Positions 50,551-64,000 are shown, counted from the stretch's first letter. The stretch is DNA of 64,000 nt from Octopus vulgaris (GCA_951406725.2 OX597817.1:95480001-95544000); one strand, 5' to 3'. Notes: generated from the sequence alone by a model not told the origin. Numbers and translations: made by a program.

Positions 50551-51199
50551 TGCTATGCAACCAACATATCAGTTTGGTGTGTTGGTTGCATAGATGACGA
50601 AAGAGAAAGCGTGCATTCTTTCGTAACATCAGTGCAACTTGGCTTCACTGGAAGAAGTGATACCGTCGGTAGTTGCCGCAAACGTTGTGATCACTATTTG
50701 GCTGTTGAAAAGAGTGTCCCACAGTTTGATGGCATTTAGTCTATAAAGGGGCTAGCTCTCTAAATGCAAATGATTAAAGTGCTAGACGGTAATAGCTCAG
50801 AATGGCTACAATCAACTTGCTAAAACCAGTAATCACACAGTTAGAATGAATAAAAACAATTCCCCTAATAAATATGGAAATTTGTATTGCTTATTAACGT
50901 AATTATATTAAATTCTTAATGCAAATTAATTAATATCATACCATTATATTTATCAAATTAATCAGTAATCTATATAATACTAAAAGTCTGTGATTGCTTG
51001 CTTGTGTGCTTGTCTGTAATTTAATACAACCAAACCTGTGCATAATGGGAAAAATGCTTTGAAAGTAAGGTACCACAAGAATGTGAAAACAAACGGAATA
51101 AAACAAGTTTTGCGTGAATCGGATCACGGGTTCCCGAGGTACGCAGCTTTTTCGGGTTTCTTGAACTATTGGTAATCCAACAGGTTACAGCTAGCCTAG

Positions 51200-52140
51200 T
51201 TAATTACTTAAAATTTCGTAGTACCATATTTAAATCATACACAGTATTGCTTTAGAGTCACAACTTGGGCTAACTTTTTAGATGTTTCCTTAGACCTTAA
51301 AACTAATTCCCATAAGCCCTTCCATAAAACTACCGAAAATCTTAAATACATCAATAAACACTCCTGTCAGCCACCTATTGTATTTAAAATCTTAACTCAA
51401 CAGTAGCCGTAGGATCACATGCCTTTCTTCTAAAGAAATATTCGAAAAGTCTGCTCAATATTATAATAAGGTTCTACAGAACAGTGGCTTTATTTATAAA
51501 ATCTTTTACAACTTCTACACCTCCTCTATCATATAGTCGTAAGAATTAATCTCGGAAAGTTTTATGGCTCGCCCACTTTCTCCTTTAGTGTTCGGACAAG
51601 TATAGGGGAAAAAATTCTTGCACTTAATAGATACTCAATTTCCTAGAACCCATAGACACAACAGGCACATGATTAAAATTATCTTTTCTTGCCCTAACAA
51701 CCGATGTTAAGTCATATATCAATAAGCGACAGACGACTCAAGCATGCCCTGGATGCTCATGTAGAGACAAATCTAAATGTCCTCTAAGACAGAAATGCGA
51801 TATATCTTCCGTTGTTTATGAAGTACCGGTACCGGCGAACTATGGCAATGGTCGAACAGAAATGGCAATGGTTATATCGGAGCATTAGAAGGAAAGTTTA
51901 AATCCGGATATAACAGTCTTTCGAATGTTAGACACCATAAGAGACATTCAACTACCCTTTCGTCTTTAATCTGGAAGCTTATAGACTAAGAGACCAACTA
52001 CGATATCAAATGGAAAATCCTTTCTAAAACCAGAGCCTATATTAAAGGGTCCAAAAGATGTTCAATATGTTCTCTTGAAAAACTTTATCTCTTAAAAACC
52101 CGAGAGCCTCAAACGACTACATAAATTCCAGGAACGAGAT
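51200..52140 (+). mobile_element. Degenerate Penelope-like fragment (RT end plus GIY-YIG)
   Basis: ANFLDVSLDLKTNSHKPFHK..YINKHSCQPP; VVYEV..YIGA..STTLSSLIWKL..IKWKIL..KRCSICSLEK. Confidence 0.8.
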
Positions 52141-52874
52141 GTTTTCTGCATTTTAAAATCCTTTTATGTATGTATGTATGTATGTATGTATGTATGTATG
52201 TATGTATGTATGTATGTATGTATGTATGTATGTATATATGTATGTATGTGTGTGGGCGTGTGAGTATGTGTGTGTGTATGTGTGTGTGTGTGTATACATC
52301 TTGGCGGGATTTAAAAATAGGCCATCAGACATCTTAATAATACTAAAACTCTAGGGATGTTTGTTTGGACGCGAAATATCTCAGAAATAGTATATTTTAT
52401 CTTAATTTTTTTGCATATTTATTTTTGTACTTACCTTCGGCAGTTGCAGTACAAATTTTTCTGACATTTGGATCTCTATTTACTAATGATAAACACAATT
52501 TTTGTTTGTTATTTCTTGACAAAAGAAAAAACAGCTTTCGTGACGTCAACTCACATACACACATACAGAATACATACACTTATAATGAATGTCATGGCTT
52601 GTCAATCAACACAAACACACGTCCGCTATATGTGACATATACACACACATAGTCTTCGCTCTCGCTAAGAAAAAAAAAAACCTCGACTTTTTGACGTACA
52701 CAATATTTTAATCATTTAGAAATATTTTTAACTGAATGTGATTTCAAAAATGCAAGTTGTTTGTACAGTAAGTATTTATATTTTAGCTTTCTTTAAACAG
52801 ACAATATTTCAATGTTTTTTTGGTTATTTAATTATTTTCAAGTCGTTACTTTCTGTAAAAAAATTTTTATTTAA

Positions 52875-53165
52875 AGTGAAAGAGAGATGAAAGTGAAAGA
52901 TGTATGTACGTGTATATGAAATGGAGGTGTGTGTGAAAGAGAGAGTGAGAGAGAAAAAGAAAGAGGGGAAGAGAGAGAAAGTGAGAGGGAGGAAGAGAGA
53001 GAAAGAAAGAGAGGAAAAAAAGAGAAAGAGAGCGAGAGAGAGAAAGAGAGTGAAAGAGAGAGAGAAAGAGCGGGAAAGAGTGAGTGAAGGGGTGTGTTGT
53101 CATATATACGTACATACATCAATATATATGCGTACATCTTTTAGTATGTACGTGTGCATGTGTGC

Positions 53166-53215
<50 letters not shown>

Positions 53216-53336
53216 TAGGGAATGAGTGAGTGAACGTGTGTGTTCTCATGTATAAATGGCTCTCTCCCTCTTTCACATACACACGTCCATTTCATATACA
53301 CGTTCATTCATCTTTCACTTTCTCCTGTCTTTCACT
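52875..53336. mobile_element. TTAA-flanked MITE, Kolobok-like
   Basis: TTAA|AGTGAAAG ... CTTTCACT|TTAA with ~80-bp imperfect TIRs; (GA)n interior. Confidence 0.65.
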
Positions 53337-53786
53337 TTAAAACAAAGTAAATAAATAAAATCAACGAACAAAATCAACTGATCTGAGATTCAAAGTGAAA
53401 GACAGTTCTGAGATTCAAAGTGAAAGATCGCCCCAATGGAATACCATTACAAAAAATTTTTCGAGTGCATTTAACGTATATCAGCTCCAAAGATTCATAT
53501 ATATATTCATATGTATATATACTCAGGCCTATTTTTTTAGGAGGAGATAGCCAACAAGACACGCACCAGGCATTCCATTCATTTCCCAGCTCGTTAATCC
53601 AGCAAAACAAACCTGGAATTACCCATCAGAAGAATTACAGCGGGATTATCAGAAGAATTACAGGTCATACTAAGCGATCATTGATGTTTATTACTACTTG
53701 ATGCGGTTGGCCGAAACCTGGAATATACCTGAGAGATATTATAGTACTCGCCAGCATAATTTATACCTATAAACGCACCTTAATTA

Positions 53787-55213
53787 CTGTCTTGGTCAAA
53801 AATATTAGGCATCCCAAATGTTTTGGGGTTCTGCAATCTCAATGTTAATGAAACTCGTTTTCACAAAATACATTAGTTTTAATATCTGGTTGACCCACCT
53901 TTAGCATCACTTACCGCTTTTATACGGTTAGACATTGAATGAACTAGTTTCTTGCAGGTGCTAGGCGCATTTTACTCCATTCTCCTCTCAATTGTTCCTG
54001 ATAGCTTCACCAAGCGTTCCCCATAGGTGTTCGATCGGATTTTGATCGGGACTTTGAGCCGGCCTGTCCATAGGAACGATACCCTACGTCTCAAACCATT
54101 GACGAGTATTCTTTGCTGTATGACATGGAGCGTTGTCCTGTTGAAAGATAACACTGTTTTTCGACACTCCTAGATGCAATTTAGCAATTGATGGCTCTAA
54201 AACATCCTATAACATAGAAACGTAAGTAGCTGGATTCATCCTTCTCTGACATAAAACCATTTCTCCGGGTCCTGTGGCAGACATGCAGGCCCACAACATA
54301 ATAGAACCAACCCAATGTTTTACGGTTGGTACCGGACATTCAGCCTTAAATGCTTCCCCAACTCCTCGACGCACGAAAGCTGCACCAGATGTACCGAAAA
54401 CCTGAGTAAAATCATGAAAAATAATATTAGATTTATGTTGGATACATTTTCATACATATTTGGGGCAACATGGAAAAGCGTCTTCATGGGCCAAAAACTA
54501 CTCAAATTGGACCAGTGAGCAATGGTCGAAAGTCAAATGGTGTGATGAAAGAAACTATGAAACAAAATAGTACATGTATTCAATCAATATATAAACTTAA
54601 TGTAACTGGTTTGTTGCCCCAAATATGTATGAAAATGTATCCAACATAAATCTAATATTATTTTTCATGATTTTACTCAGGTTTTCGGTACATCTGGTGC
54701 AGCTTTCGTGCGTCGAGGAGTTGGGGAAGCATTTAAGGCTGAATGTCCGGTACCAACCGTAAAACATTGGGTTGGTTCTATTATGTTGTGGGCCTGCATG
54801 TCTGCCACAGGACCCGGAGAAATGGTTTTATGTCAGGGAAGGATGAATCCAGCTACTTACGTTTCTATGTTATAGGATGTTTTAGAGCCATAAATTGCTA
54901 AATTACATCTAGTAGTGTCGAAAAACAGTGTTATCTTTCAACAGGACAACGCTCCATGTCATACAGCAAAGAATACTCGTCAATGGTTTGAGACATGGGG
55001 TATCGTTCCTATGGACAGGCCAGCTCAAAGTCCCGATCAAAATCCGATCGAACACCTATGGGGAACGCTTGGTGAAGCTATCAGGAACAATTGAGAGGAG
55101 AATGGAGTAAAATGCGCCTAGCACCTGCAAGAAACTAGTTCATTCAATGCCTAACCGTATAAAAGCGGTAAGTGATGCTAAAGGTGGGTCAACCAGATAT
55201 TAAAACTAATGTA
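53787..55213. mobile_element. Tc1 (DD34E) foldback: two ~600-bp inverted copies of the transposase 3' half
   Basis: ~53869-54469 is the reverse complement of ~54613-55213; FQQDNAPCH..SPDQNPIE; TIR-like TA|ctgtcttggtcaaaaatatt at 53787. Confidence 0.88.
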
Positions 55214-55294
55214 TATATGAATCTCTGTGTGCGTCTGCGTATACAAACACAAATATTCAAACATACAAACTCACATACATGCATACAATACATA

Positions 55295-55935
55295 TCATAC
55301 CACTTTTCTTCACCTTTGTACGGCCACACCTCGAATACTGCTGTCCACTGTGGTCTCCCCATACAAGACAAAACATCTCGAGGATTGAATCACCCCAGAG
55401 AGCACTCACTAAACGAATTGAAGGCATGGCTGCTTTCGATTATTGGGATCGCCTTAAAGCCTTGAAACTCTACTCTTTCCAGCGTCGCCGTGAGCGGTAC
55501 ATCATTTGTACGATGTGGAGAATATACTGCCAACTTTGCCCAAACGACCTGAACATTAGCTTCAAGGTTCATCCAAGACTGGAACGACGGGCCATACGTC
55601 CCCTGCCCAATTCAAGATCACAGCATACATGTACACTGCAACATAATTTCTTTTCCTTAACAGGCCCTGCCCTATTTAACATTGTCCCGAAAGAGATCAA
55701 AGAGGAAAAGGATCCCATCAACTTTAAACGGAGTCTGGATAGATTCCTTCAAGGAATACCAGATAAGCAACCCATAATTGGATATAACTCACTCAACAAA
55801 ATCTCACTACTTGAATGGACCATAAACAAAATTTGACTTAAACAGGATTCAGATAATCCTATCAAGTGGTGCTATTAAGTTAGACATGGCCTGGACCAAT
55901 CTTTGGTCGAAACATATCTAAGGTTTATCTAAGTT

Positions 55936-55938
<3 letters not shown>
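55295..55938 (+). mobile_element. 3' fragment of a CR1/L2-group LINE
   Basis: FVRPHLEYCCPLWSP..IESPQRALTKRI..RLKALKLYSFQRRRERY..LFNIVP..FKRSLDRFL; tandem tail tctaaggttta. Confidence 0.85.
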
Positions 55939-55967
<29 letters not shown>

Positions 55968-56299
55968 CATACATACATACATACATACATACACTCACAC
56001 CACATTTAGCTCCCGTATAATTTTGTCAAGGAATACAGCTTCTATAATGTTGCTTTTAACATGAACTTCAAAATGTTCAGAACTATGCAGTTCAATACTT
56101 GAGCTTTATCATTACATTATAAAACTTTTAATCATAATAAAATTGCTTTTGATTTCAAATATCTTCAACAACTCAATAGTACTGTAATTTTTTTACCTAA
56201 GACGCTGTTGTGATGAATAACTATTCACAAGATTCTGATATTTTTTTCAAGCTGAAATATCATCATTCACAAACAAATCAAGATAGCTCCAATACTGAC

Positions 56300-56863
56300 C
56301 TTTACATGGTTGAATATGAAAGTTATGGGCAATTTCTTCCAAAGCCGAATAACTTACAACTTGATATACTCCAAGGATTGCATCGCTAGCAATTGATTTT
56401 AATTCTTCAATTTCATAGCGGTTCCCAACACCAATTGCATAAACATTCACACCAAGAGAATGTAACTTTTCTGCCTCTTCTTTTGTAGCTTTTGTATCAC
56501 GTGACAGCCCGTCTGTAATGACAATCGCTACAATTGGGCCATCGTGTCCCTTTGGATCGGCAATAATTTCTCTTCGAAGTAGATTTAATGCAGCAGCTGT
56601 ATTTGTTAGTCCAGTACGGTATGGAATTTGAGAAATGGCTTCCTTCAAAGTAGCAATTGCAGTGTAACGATTTAGAGGAATATCTAAATGGGCGGTGTCA
56701 CTAAATGTGATGATACCAACTCGAACTTGCGATTGCCCAGTGCCAATATCAAAAGTATCGACCACATTGCTCACAAATTGCAGTAATTCTTTGTAGTCTT
56801 GAATCCATATGCTACTTGAGGAATCTAATAAGAAATATATGTCTGCAGCCTTGCTGGAACAGC
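56300..56863 (-). CDS. Internal exon: canonical VWA domain (collagen VI/matrilin-like)
   Basis: ctttccag acceptor, GTCAGT donor, 564 nt phase 1-1; CSSKAADIYFLLDSSSSI (DxSxS), VRVGIITFSD, GLTNTAAAL, IVITDGLS, VYAIGVG. Confidence 0.92.
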
Positions 56864-57552
56864 CTGGAAAGATAGATTTAGTAAAGAATTCTTTTGTATC
56901 AAAGTCAATTTGAAAGGATAGAAAATGAATGCAAAGTAATTATTGAACCTTGATTTAAACAAGCGAATGAAGATTCAAACAAGCGAATAAAATCGCAAAC
57001 ATATAACACTTTATCATTTAGAAAGCTATAAATTGAGAATTATAGTGACTCTATTTTATAGTTATATATTTAACATGCTCATTATTCATGGAAACATTTT
57101 CATATATCTCAGCAGCTGAAACCTATAAAATGTTCATGAAATACAAATAAAATTGTATGCAATTATGGGAACTTCCCCAGAAATAGACAAATGCATTACA
57201 AAATTAGAAATCAAAAACAGAAAATTTCATATTCAGCATCTGATTCCATTCATCTGTGAATACAAAATTTAACAGTAGCTAAGCATAATATTTCACCTGT
57301 ATAATAAGTAAAAAGGGATAGAAATATTTTGTGCAGGCAGTTGTTGCACAGTAAATTCTTTATGGTGAACATATTGAAAGAAAATTTCCTCGAGTGATAA
57401 ATTCCCTGCAACGTATCTTAATCACCAGTAAACACATGTCAAGGCAAATTTTATTGTCAGATTATATAATTTAAGAATTAAACGCGTCCCATTAGAATGA
57501 ATTTTAACGAAATTGCTAAAAGTGGTTAGGATAAATTTTTTATAACTACAAG

Positions 57553-57617
<65 letters not shown>

Positions 57618-57659
57618 ACATACATACACACATATATACATATGTATGTTTATAAGTAC

Positions 57660-58740
57660 GAGGTGGCATCTGTCTTATAGCACGCACCTCAGCACTGACA
57701 ACACAGGAGCCAATCTCACTGCAAGCCCGTCGGTTGCTTTGCTTTTTCTAAATGCTTCTTCTGAATTTGTAAATCCCTCTCTAATGTAACTTTCCCTATT
57801 GCTACATCCCTACAAAACCTTATCGACTCTTTTCTAATTGCCCTTTTCAGGGTAAGTCACCATCTGTTGTTGACGGTTTCTCTCATCAACACTCGCTTAA
57901 CTAATTCACTAATTCGGTAACTATAAGCTTGACATGCCCTGAAAGGCGCACTCATCTTCCAGTAACCGACGAACTTTTCATGAGTTCCATCTATGTCGAC
58001 CATTCAGATCACAAATTTGTGGTCTGTGTAGCCGGCAATTTTAAAATGTGGAAAAGCCTATGCTATTCCAATTTACTGGCCTACAGAATAATCTATCTAC
58101 ATACGATCTGGATAACCTGATGTTCGTCCATAGCGCATCTGGGAAATCCAGTCGATACCTCTCGGACAGTTGGAAATGTCAGAGTAAGTTTGCGAGGTAC
58201 ACCCCTCTCTTATTGGCTAGTCCCACACAGTCCCTGCGTGCATCCAAGATGTTGTTCCAGTTATCTACTAGCATTGAAGAACATAAAGAAATCCGGCTAC
58301 CCCATCCCGCTGTTGGGTTATACAGGGCTCTTTGTCTGAAAGTGTGGCCTCTGCTGTTGGTCGCATCCAGTAATACTGACTTATCTTGTGCATCCAGGAA
58401 GATGGTCCGTATCTCTAAATCTAGCCCTTTCCGAAACAACACAGCTCATGTCTCAGTAATTCTGATTTTGTTGATAGCCATCACATCTATCTAGTGTCCT
58501 GAGATCTTTGATCAAGTGTTTCTGCTTTCAGGCCACATGCAGTCACACTACCTATTTCTTAGTAACGCCATATTCAACAAGAGGGTGGAAAGTGAGAAGA
58601 AACACCTTATTTCTGTGGAAGGACGTACTCTCCTTTTGGCTACTTGTCAGTGTCTCCACACGCATTTCTTTTATAGTATATCTTTTGTAGTTCCTCGGAA
58701 ATTCCCCATTACCTTCGAATATCTCGCCGTCATCGCGTTG
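57660..58740 (-). mobile_element. L1/Tx1-type APE endonuclease remnant
   Basis: VDNWNNILD, DRYRLDFP, RSYVDRL, TDHKFV, GYWK on minus strand. Confidence 0.7.
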
Positions 58741-58837
58741 TATGCTTCTTGATGTGTTCTTAGAATCTGAATATAAATTGTCATGCTATGCGATGGCGTC
58801 ATGTAATCATTGTATGTAATTTTTGTATATTGATGTA

Positions 58838-59680
58838 TTGGGTCATCCCATAAATAATGCTTTTTTTTTCAATTGCATGAACTAAAAGTCGGAAGGAGGC
58901 CGGGATAGACTACCTGCATCAACTTACTATAAAAGCAGGTAATAATTTTACCTTGTCCTTATTCTAAGTGCAAGTTTTGAAGAGTGCAGTTCGATTTTAA
59001 CATTCATATTTTCAAAGCTATAATGAGAATATTCGGAATATTTTGCTTATTGAGTTCAATAAAGGCAACAACGCAACGGAAAGTGTGAGGAATATTAATA
59101 TTGTGGATGTCGAACAATGAGCGTAAGTCAATATCAAATGTAGTTTCAGAAATTTCGAGCCTAGAAGACGAACCTCGTCCTGGAAGGTCTGAAGAGCTTG
59201 ACGAGTATGTCCTGCAAACCCTGGTGGAAGAAAATCCCACCGTAACTGTTGAGTAACTTGCAGAGAAACTTGGATTTGGTCATTCAACCATTCATCGACA
59301 CCTGAGTGCCATCGGAAAAGTCAGCAAATCGGGCCAATGGGTTCCTCACAAACTTTCTGAGTCTAATCGCGCGCAGAGAGTGAATATGTGCTCTTCTTTG
59401 CTATCACATCTCACGAATGGACCTTTTTTGGACCGAACAGTGACTGGTGACGAGAAATGGGTTCTCTATAAAAATGTTAAGCGCTGCAGACAGTGGGTAG
59501 GGAAAGGAGAAATACCAGCACTCAGGCTAAAGAAGGTCTTCTTATCTATTTGTTGTGATATGAAAGGTTTAGTTCACTTTGAACTTTTAAACCCAAACGA
59601 AACGATAATAAAGGGGATCTACTGCGAACAGCTTGAACGGCTTAAGTCAGCTCTAGAAGGAAAACGACCATCTTTAGTCG
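58838..59680 (+). mobile_element. mariner with left TIR, truncated
   Basis: TA|ttgggtcatcccataaataatgc; WVPHKL, FLDRTVTGDEKWVLYKN, ELLNPNETI..YCEQLERL. Confidence 0.85.
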
Positions 59681-60234
59681 TTGCCTCTGTATTTGTGATG
59701 TTGGTACAAGAAGGGATCGTGTTTCTTTCACGACTCATTGGGGGTAGAAAGCCTTTAAGTGGGTCACAGCGTCACATATTTAACATCTTAGCTTTCTCCT
59801 CTCTACTGTCACGGACATGTGCGTGCCGTTCGTGAGGTCAATCAGTTCAGATATGTTTTCTTGAATTGTTTGTATTGTCAGTACCATACTTATTTCTCAC
59901 CAGTTTTATTTTGGCTTATTTTCATTTCCAGAATTGCCGCATCTTCCTCTCTATCGGCCTAGATGGCTGCGATCAACTAGATGATACATATTTCTAGCAG
60001 CACGTTTATGTCTCTTACTTTTGCCTAGCGCAAGGCAATAGCAGATAATTAGGCCAACTTCCTTATTCCTCAGTGTTGTAGAGTAGAATCCTGTCTCTGC
60101 TTCTGTTTTGAATCTCAGTTCAACTGTGCTATCTCTTTTCCTCGTATGATGTAGGTCCATTGTTAATACGCACGTCTAAACTAATTTGTATTTTGTTCTC
60201 ACTTGCACATTCCACTCGACGCGATTTTGTTTCA

Positions 60235-61100
60235 GTAGTCGCTCAGTCGGAGCTCTGTGCGGACTTCAAAGAGACAAGTACTTTACAAATATCAACCAGA
60301 ACTGTTAGACGAAGGCTTGTAGAGTACGGTCTGAAAGGTTGTAAAGCCAGGAAGAAGCCATGGGTTTCTGAAGCGTATATGGAAAAGCGTCTTCAGTGGG
60401 TCAAAAACTACTCAAATTGGACCAGTGAGCAATGGTCGAAAGTCAAATGGTGTGATGAAAGAAACTATGAAACAAAATAGTACATGTATTCAATCAATAT
60501 ATAAACTTAATGTAACTGGTTTGTTGCCCCAAATATGTATAAAAATATATCCAACATAAATCTAATATTATTTTTCATGATTTTACTCAGGTTTTCGGTA
60601 CATCTGGTGCAGCTTTCGTGCGTCGAGGAGTTGGGGAAGCATTTAAGGCTGAATGTCCGGTACCAACCGTAAAACATTGGGTTGGTTCTATTATGTTGTG
60701 GGCCTGCATGTCTACCACAGGACCCGGAGAAATGGTTTTATGTCAGGGAAGGATGAATCCAGCTACTTACGTTTCTATGTTATAGGATGTTTTAGAGCCA
60801 TAAATTGCTAAATTACAACTAGTAGTGTCGAAAAACAGTGTTATCTTTCAACAGGACAACGCTCCATGTCATACAGCAAAGAATACTCGTCAATGGTTTG
60901 AGACATGGGGTATCGTTCCTATGGACAGGCCAGCTCAAAGTCCCGATCAAAATCCGATCGAACACCTATGGGGAACGCTTGGTGAAACTATCAAGAACAA
61001 TTAAAAATACAGAGCATTTGTATCAAAAGTTGAGAGATGAATGGAGTAAAACTGCGCCTAGCGCCTGCAAGAAACTAGTTCATTCAATGCCTAACCTATA
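60235..61100 (+). mobile_element. Third Tc1 DD34E copy with intron-like insert
   Basis: ISTRTVRRRL..ARKKP..WCDERNYE [60472-60590] VFGTSG..TVKH..FQQDNAPCH..NPIEHLW; 34 residues between D and E. Confidence 0.85.
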
Positions 61101-61499
61101 AAGCAGCCACCGTACTTCACCTTGAACAAATGGTCAACAGCCAATCTTACTGCAAGTATGGACATGTAGTAAATGCTAGGGCGCGAGCAAGAAATACGAG
61201 GGCAAGAAACACGTTCGATGGGCTTGGTGGCAGAGGGGCAGCTTGCAAAAAACTGCAATTCGGTTCATGACGGATTTCAGCAAGTGTATACTTTTCGATT
61301 CTAAGCAGACTTGTGCGGTTTTCCAGGACATTCTATTAAACTATTTTTGGTGAGTAGCACGCTGGTGACAGTGAAATGTGATCTCTGTCTGTACGGTTCC
61401 TGCGACTCTCGGCCAGGGGAAGAAAGATTCGAACGAAGGGTGGGGACATATGAGAAAACATTTGACTCATAACTGTGTTTAACACAGAATTAAAGATTT

Positions 61500-62500
61500 T
61501 GGCAATGATGCTCGTTAAGAGGCCTGCGCTTGTCTCCGGCAGTCTAGTCTGAGAAGCGCAAATCCGTGCGTTCCTCGGTAGATCTATCCACCCCGTGGTG
61601 ATGCATCCTTGTGCAATATTTCAACGGGAATATATCTGGCTTTTGAAGGTGTTGGTCAATTTGGATCTGCTCAAAGCTTTCATCAGCAGCCTCATTGCTG
61701 CTCAGCTCACGCGAATTGGATTACTTCCAGTTTGCTGAAAACTGCAATAGACGGTTGCTGAGAGGGGACCGAGAAAGTCCGCATGTGATAGGAAAATGAG
61801 CTAATCCCACAGATTTACACCTCACACAACGACTTTAGCATGTCTACTACTTCGTCTACGGATGGCTGTCATAAGAGCATCCACTTTCTGTCTCGACTTC
61901 AGAGATTAGGTGTACAGTATCAGCTGTTCGATGGTTAAGCTAGCTGGCTTGTATTCTCGGAACAGTTTAGCAAACAACACTCAATTCATTAATGATTCTC
62001 TCTCTTCCTTCTCTTGTATATTGTAGTTCTGAAGCCATTGCTGTTGTGGATGGAGACTTTGAAGGGCACCTCATACTAATTGGGTTACAGGAGATCAGTG
62101 TCTGTATATTCGGGTGACGTCAATGTCATATTTTCTGACACTTCGTACATAAAAGCATTCCACACCATACTCGAAGAGTACCAGAATTAAACATTTATAC
62201 ATATGAACTTTGACAAATCAATGCCAGCCAGCGGTGATTTCTGCCGCTGACCTGAGGGCCTGCATAAGGTAATAGGAATCTGGCACGAACCGGACCCCTA
62301 GATAGATAAGAACTAGGAAATGTCTCGAGCAGGGTGGCCATACTCACTCAGAAATTGAAGAGGGAAGTTGTTCTTCAAAGGTTGCGTGGAAGCGCCTAAG
62401 ACATACATTGGTTTGGTAGTTTATTACCATCAAAACGCAAGAAATATCAAACTAGCCTGGTGAGCATGCTTTTCTGCTTCGCATGGAAGAAACAGACTCT
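61500..62500 (+). mobile_element. Highly decayed L1/Tx1 RT remnant
   Basis: LVNLDLLKAF, SVSVYSGDVNV; similarity to 42280-42900. Confidence 0.5.
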
Positions 62501-63559
62501 GGTGATTCATGTGTTACCAACACTCTCTCCAGACTCGTCTCAGGATACCATCACTGATGATGCCCGAACCGTCACTGTAGACATCACACATGCAGAAATA
62601 TCATTACTATTGTGACTCTGGCGATAACTAAGAAAGCAAAAGCGAATTGGTGTGGGCGCTTTTTGTATGACAGTTCTCTTTGATAGAACTGTAATCGAAA
62701 TTGGGCGTCTAATATCAAGATAGTTGCTAGGCTCTCTCATCACTCTACTAGCTGGACAATCCCGTTGGCGGGAAAACAACTATTGCATTCAATTGCAGGT
62801 TAGTGGAACGTATGACCGACGATGGTCTGAGAACAACTTTGGGCATTCACAAGATCAGCATGAGCAATCTCTTCAGAGACTATAAACAACTTTCGAAAGT
62901 TCTAGGCATGACAATGCTCCAGGGGTAAAATTACCTGTTCAAGACAACCTATAAAGGCACAAAAATGCCAAAAGCTGAATCTGACCGAGATGCACGTAGG
63001 ATGCGAAACTGAAAGGCGGCATTTTCCTACCAACTTCCAATGTCCGTAAACTATTGAGTCATGGCTATGCGCCGAATAGTTGCTATTACGCGCGGGATTA
63101 ATCATACGAGTCTATAGAAAAAACGACCTACCACTTCGCTTTGGCAAGGAAGGGCGCCTAATTTTCCTCTATCCTGTGGCTATGATGAAAGAAATTGTGC
63201 GATAGGCTTCTCTGAAACGATTGAAGATAACCATTTTCCTCTCTAGTAAAGCTCTCATCAACTTCGAGTATTATTTCTAGAGAAAGGTGAACATGGAGAG
63301 TGAAGGGTGGTGTTAAGTTATCCTTTTCTATCTTGTCGATCATATCCATGCTTAGAATAGGCAGGTAAATGCACGAGGCCTGAGGCGGTTTTCTTAGGGA
63401 TGTCCTGCTCTTTACTGTTGGTGGGCGGCTGGAATGCTATCTTGGATGCATGTTTGGAGTGTGTTGGGTTAGCTTGATAGGAGAAGAGGATGTAAAAGCC
63501 CTTCATACTTGCTCAGACGGTTTCAGCTGCCTGACAAGCATCAACTGGATTTTACGAAT

Positions 63560-64000
63560 GTACCAGGGTGGGCATGAACAAAAAGCATCGGAACATCTAG
63601 GTCATATCTAGTTAGAATATTCTGTAGGTCAATAGACAGGGATAGCATAGGTTGTACACTCTGTAAAATCAACGGCTACACAGACCACAAATTTGTGATC
63701 TGTACGATCGACCTTGATATACTTCATAGGCAGGAACCCGGTTCGTGGAAGCTGAACGCGTCGCTTCCAGATTACTAAACTTGTTAGGTGTATGTTAACG
63801 GGGTCAATCATCAACAATAAATGGCAATTCATCCTGAAAAGGGCAATTAGAGTAGAATCTATTAGGCTTAGTAAGGTCGCAGCCATAGAGAAAAACAGAA
63901 TAGAGGTAAATTAGAAACTTGTCAGAGGCTCTTAGAAAAGGTATCGCAACCGACGTGCACGCGGCGATATCGGCCCTCATCTAATTCTTCAGCATGAAAC
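63560..64000 (+). mobile_element. L1/Tx1 APE C-terminal remnant
   Basis: SRSYLVRIFCR..GYTDHKFVICTIDL..GSWKLNAS. Confidence 0.7.

Noticed and set aside
57929-58120. Plus-strand ORF with SDHKFV
   Set aside because: Near-palindromic DNA; the real APE frame is on the minus strand

Overview
AT-rich eukaryotic (animal) DNA; the SINE, (TAA)n/(TA)n microsatellites and TE families look cephalopod/Octopus-like (recognition, not a database result). One host gene is visible on the minus strand: three phase-1-compatible exons (56863-56300, 21448-21125, 18841-18255) encoding a MIDAS-positive VWA domain, a Thr/Pro mucin-like stalk and a degenerate C-terminal VWA domain. Its ~35 kb intron and the 3' flank are packed with mobile DNA: R4/Dong REL-LINEs stacked in (TAA)n, L1/Tx1-type LINEs, a near-intact CR1-like LINE nested in a non-autonomous Helitron, Penelope-like elements (PLEs) at (TA)n carrying hammerhead ribozyme cores, tRNA-headed SINEs, mariner/Tc1/maT relics and a TTAA-flanked MITE. 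Most notable: several hammerhead ribozymes including a pair in a 294-bp terminal inverted repeat, non-coding mini-elements with pseudo-LTR or hairpin structure, a SINE sharing its 3' tail with L1/Tx1 LINEs, a possibly intact LINE, and an intron-bearing Tc1 forming a ~600-bp foldback. Most short ORFs in the track are microsatellite or antisense artefacts.
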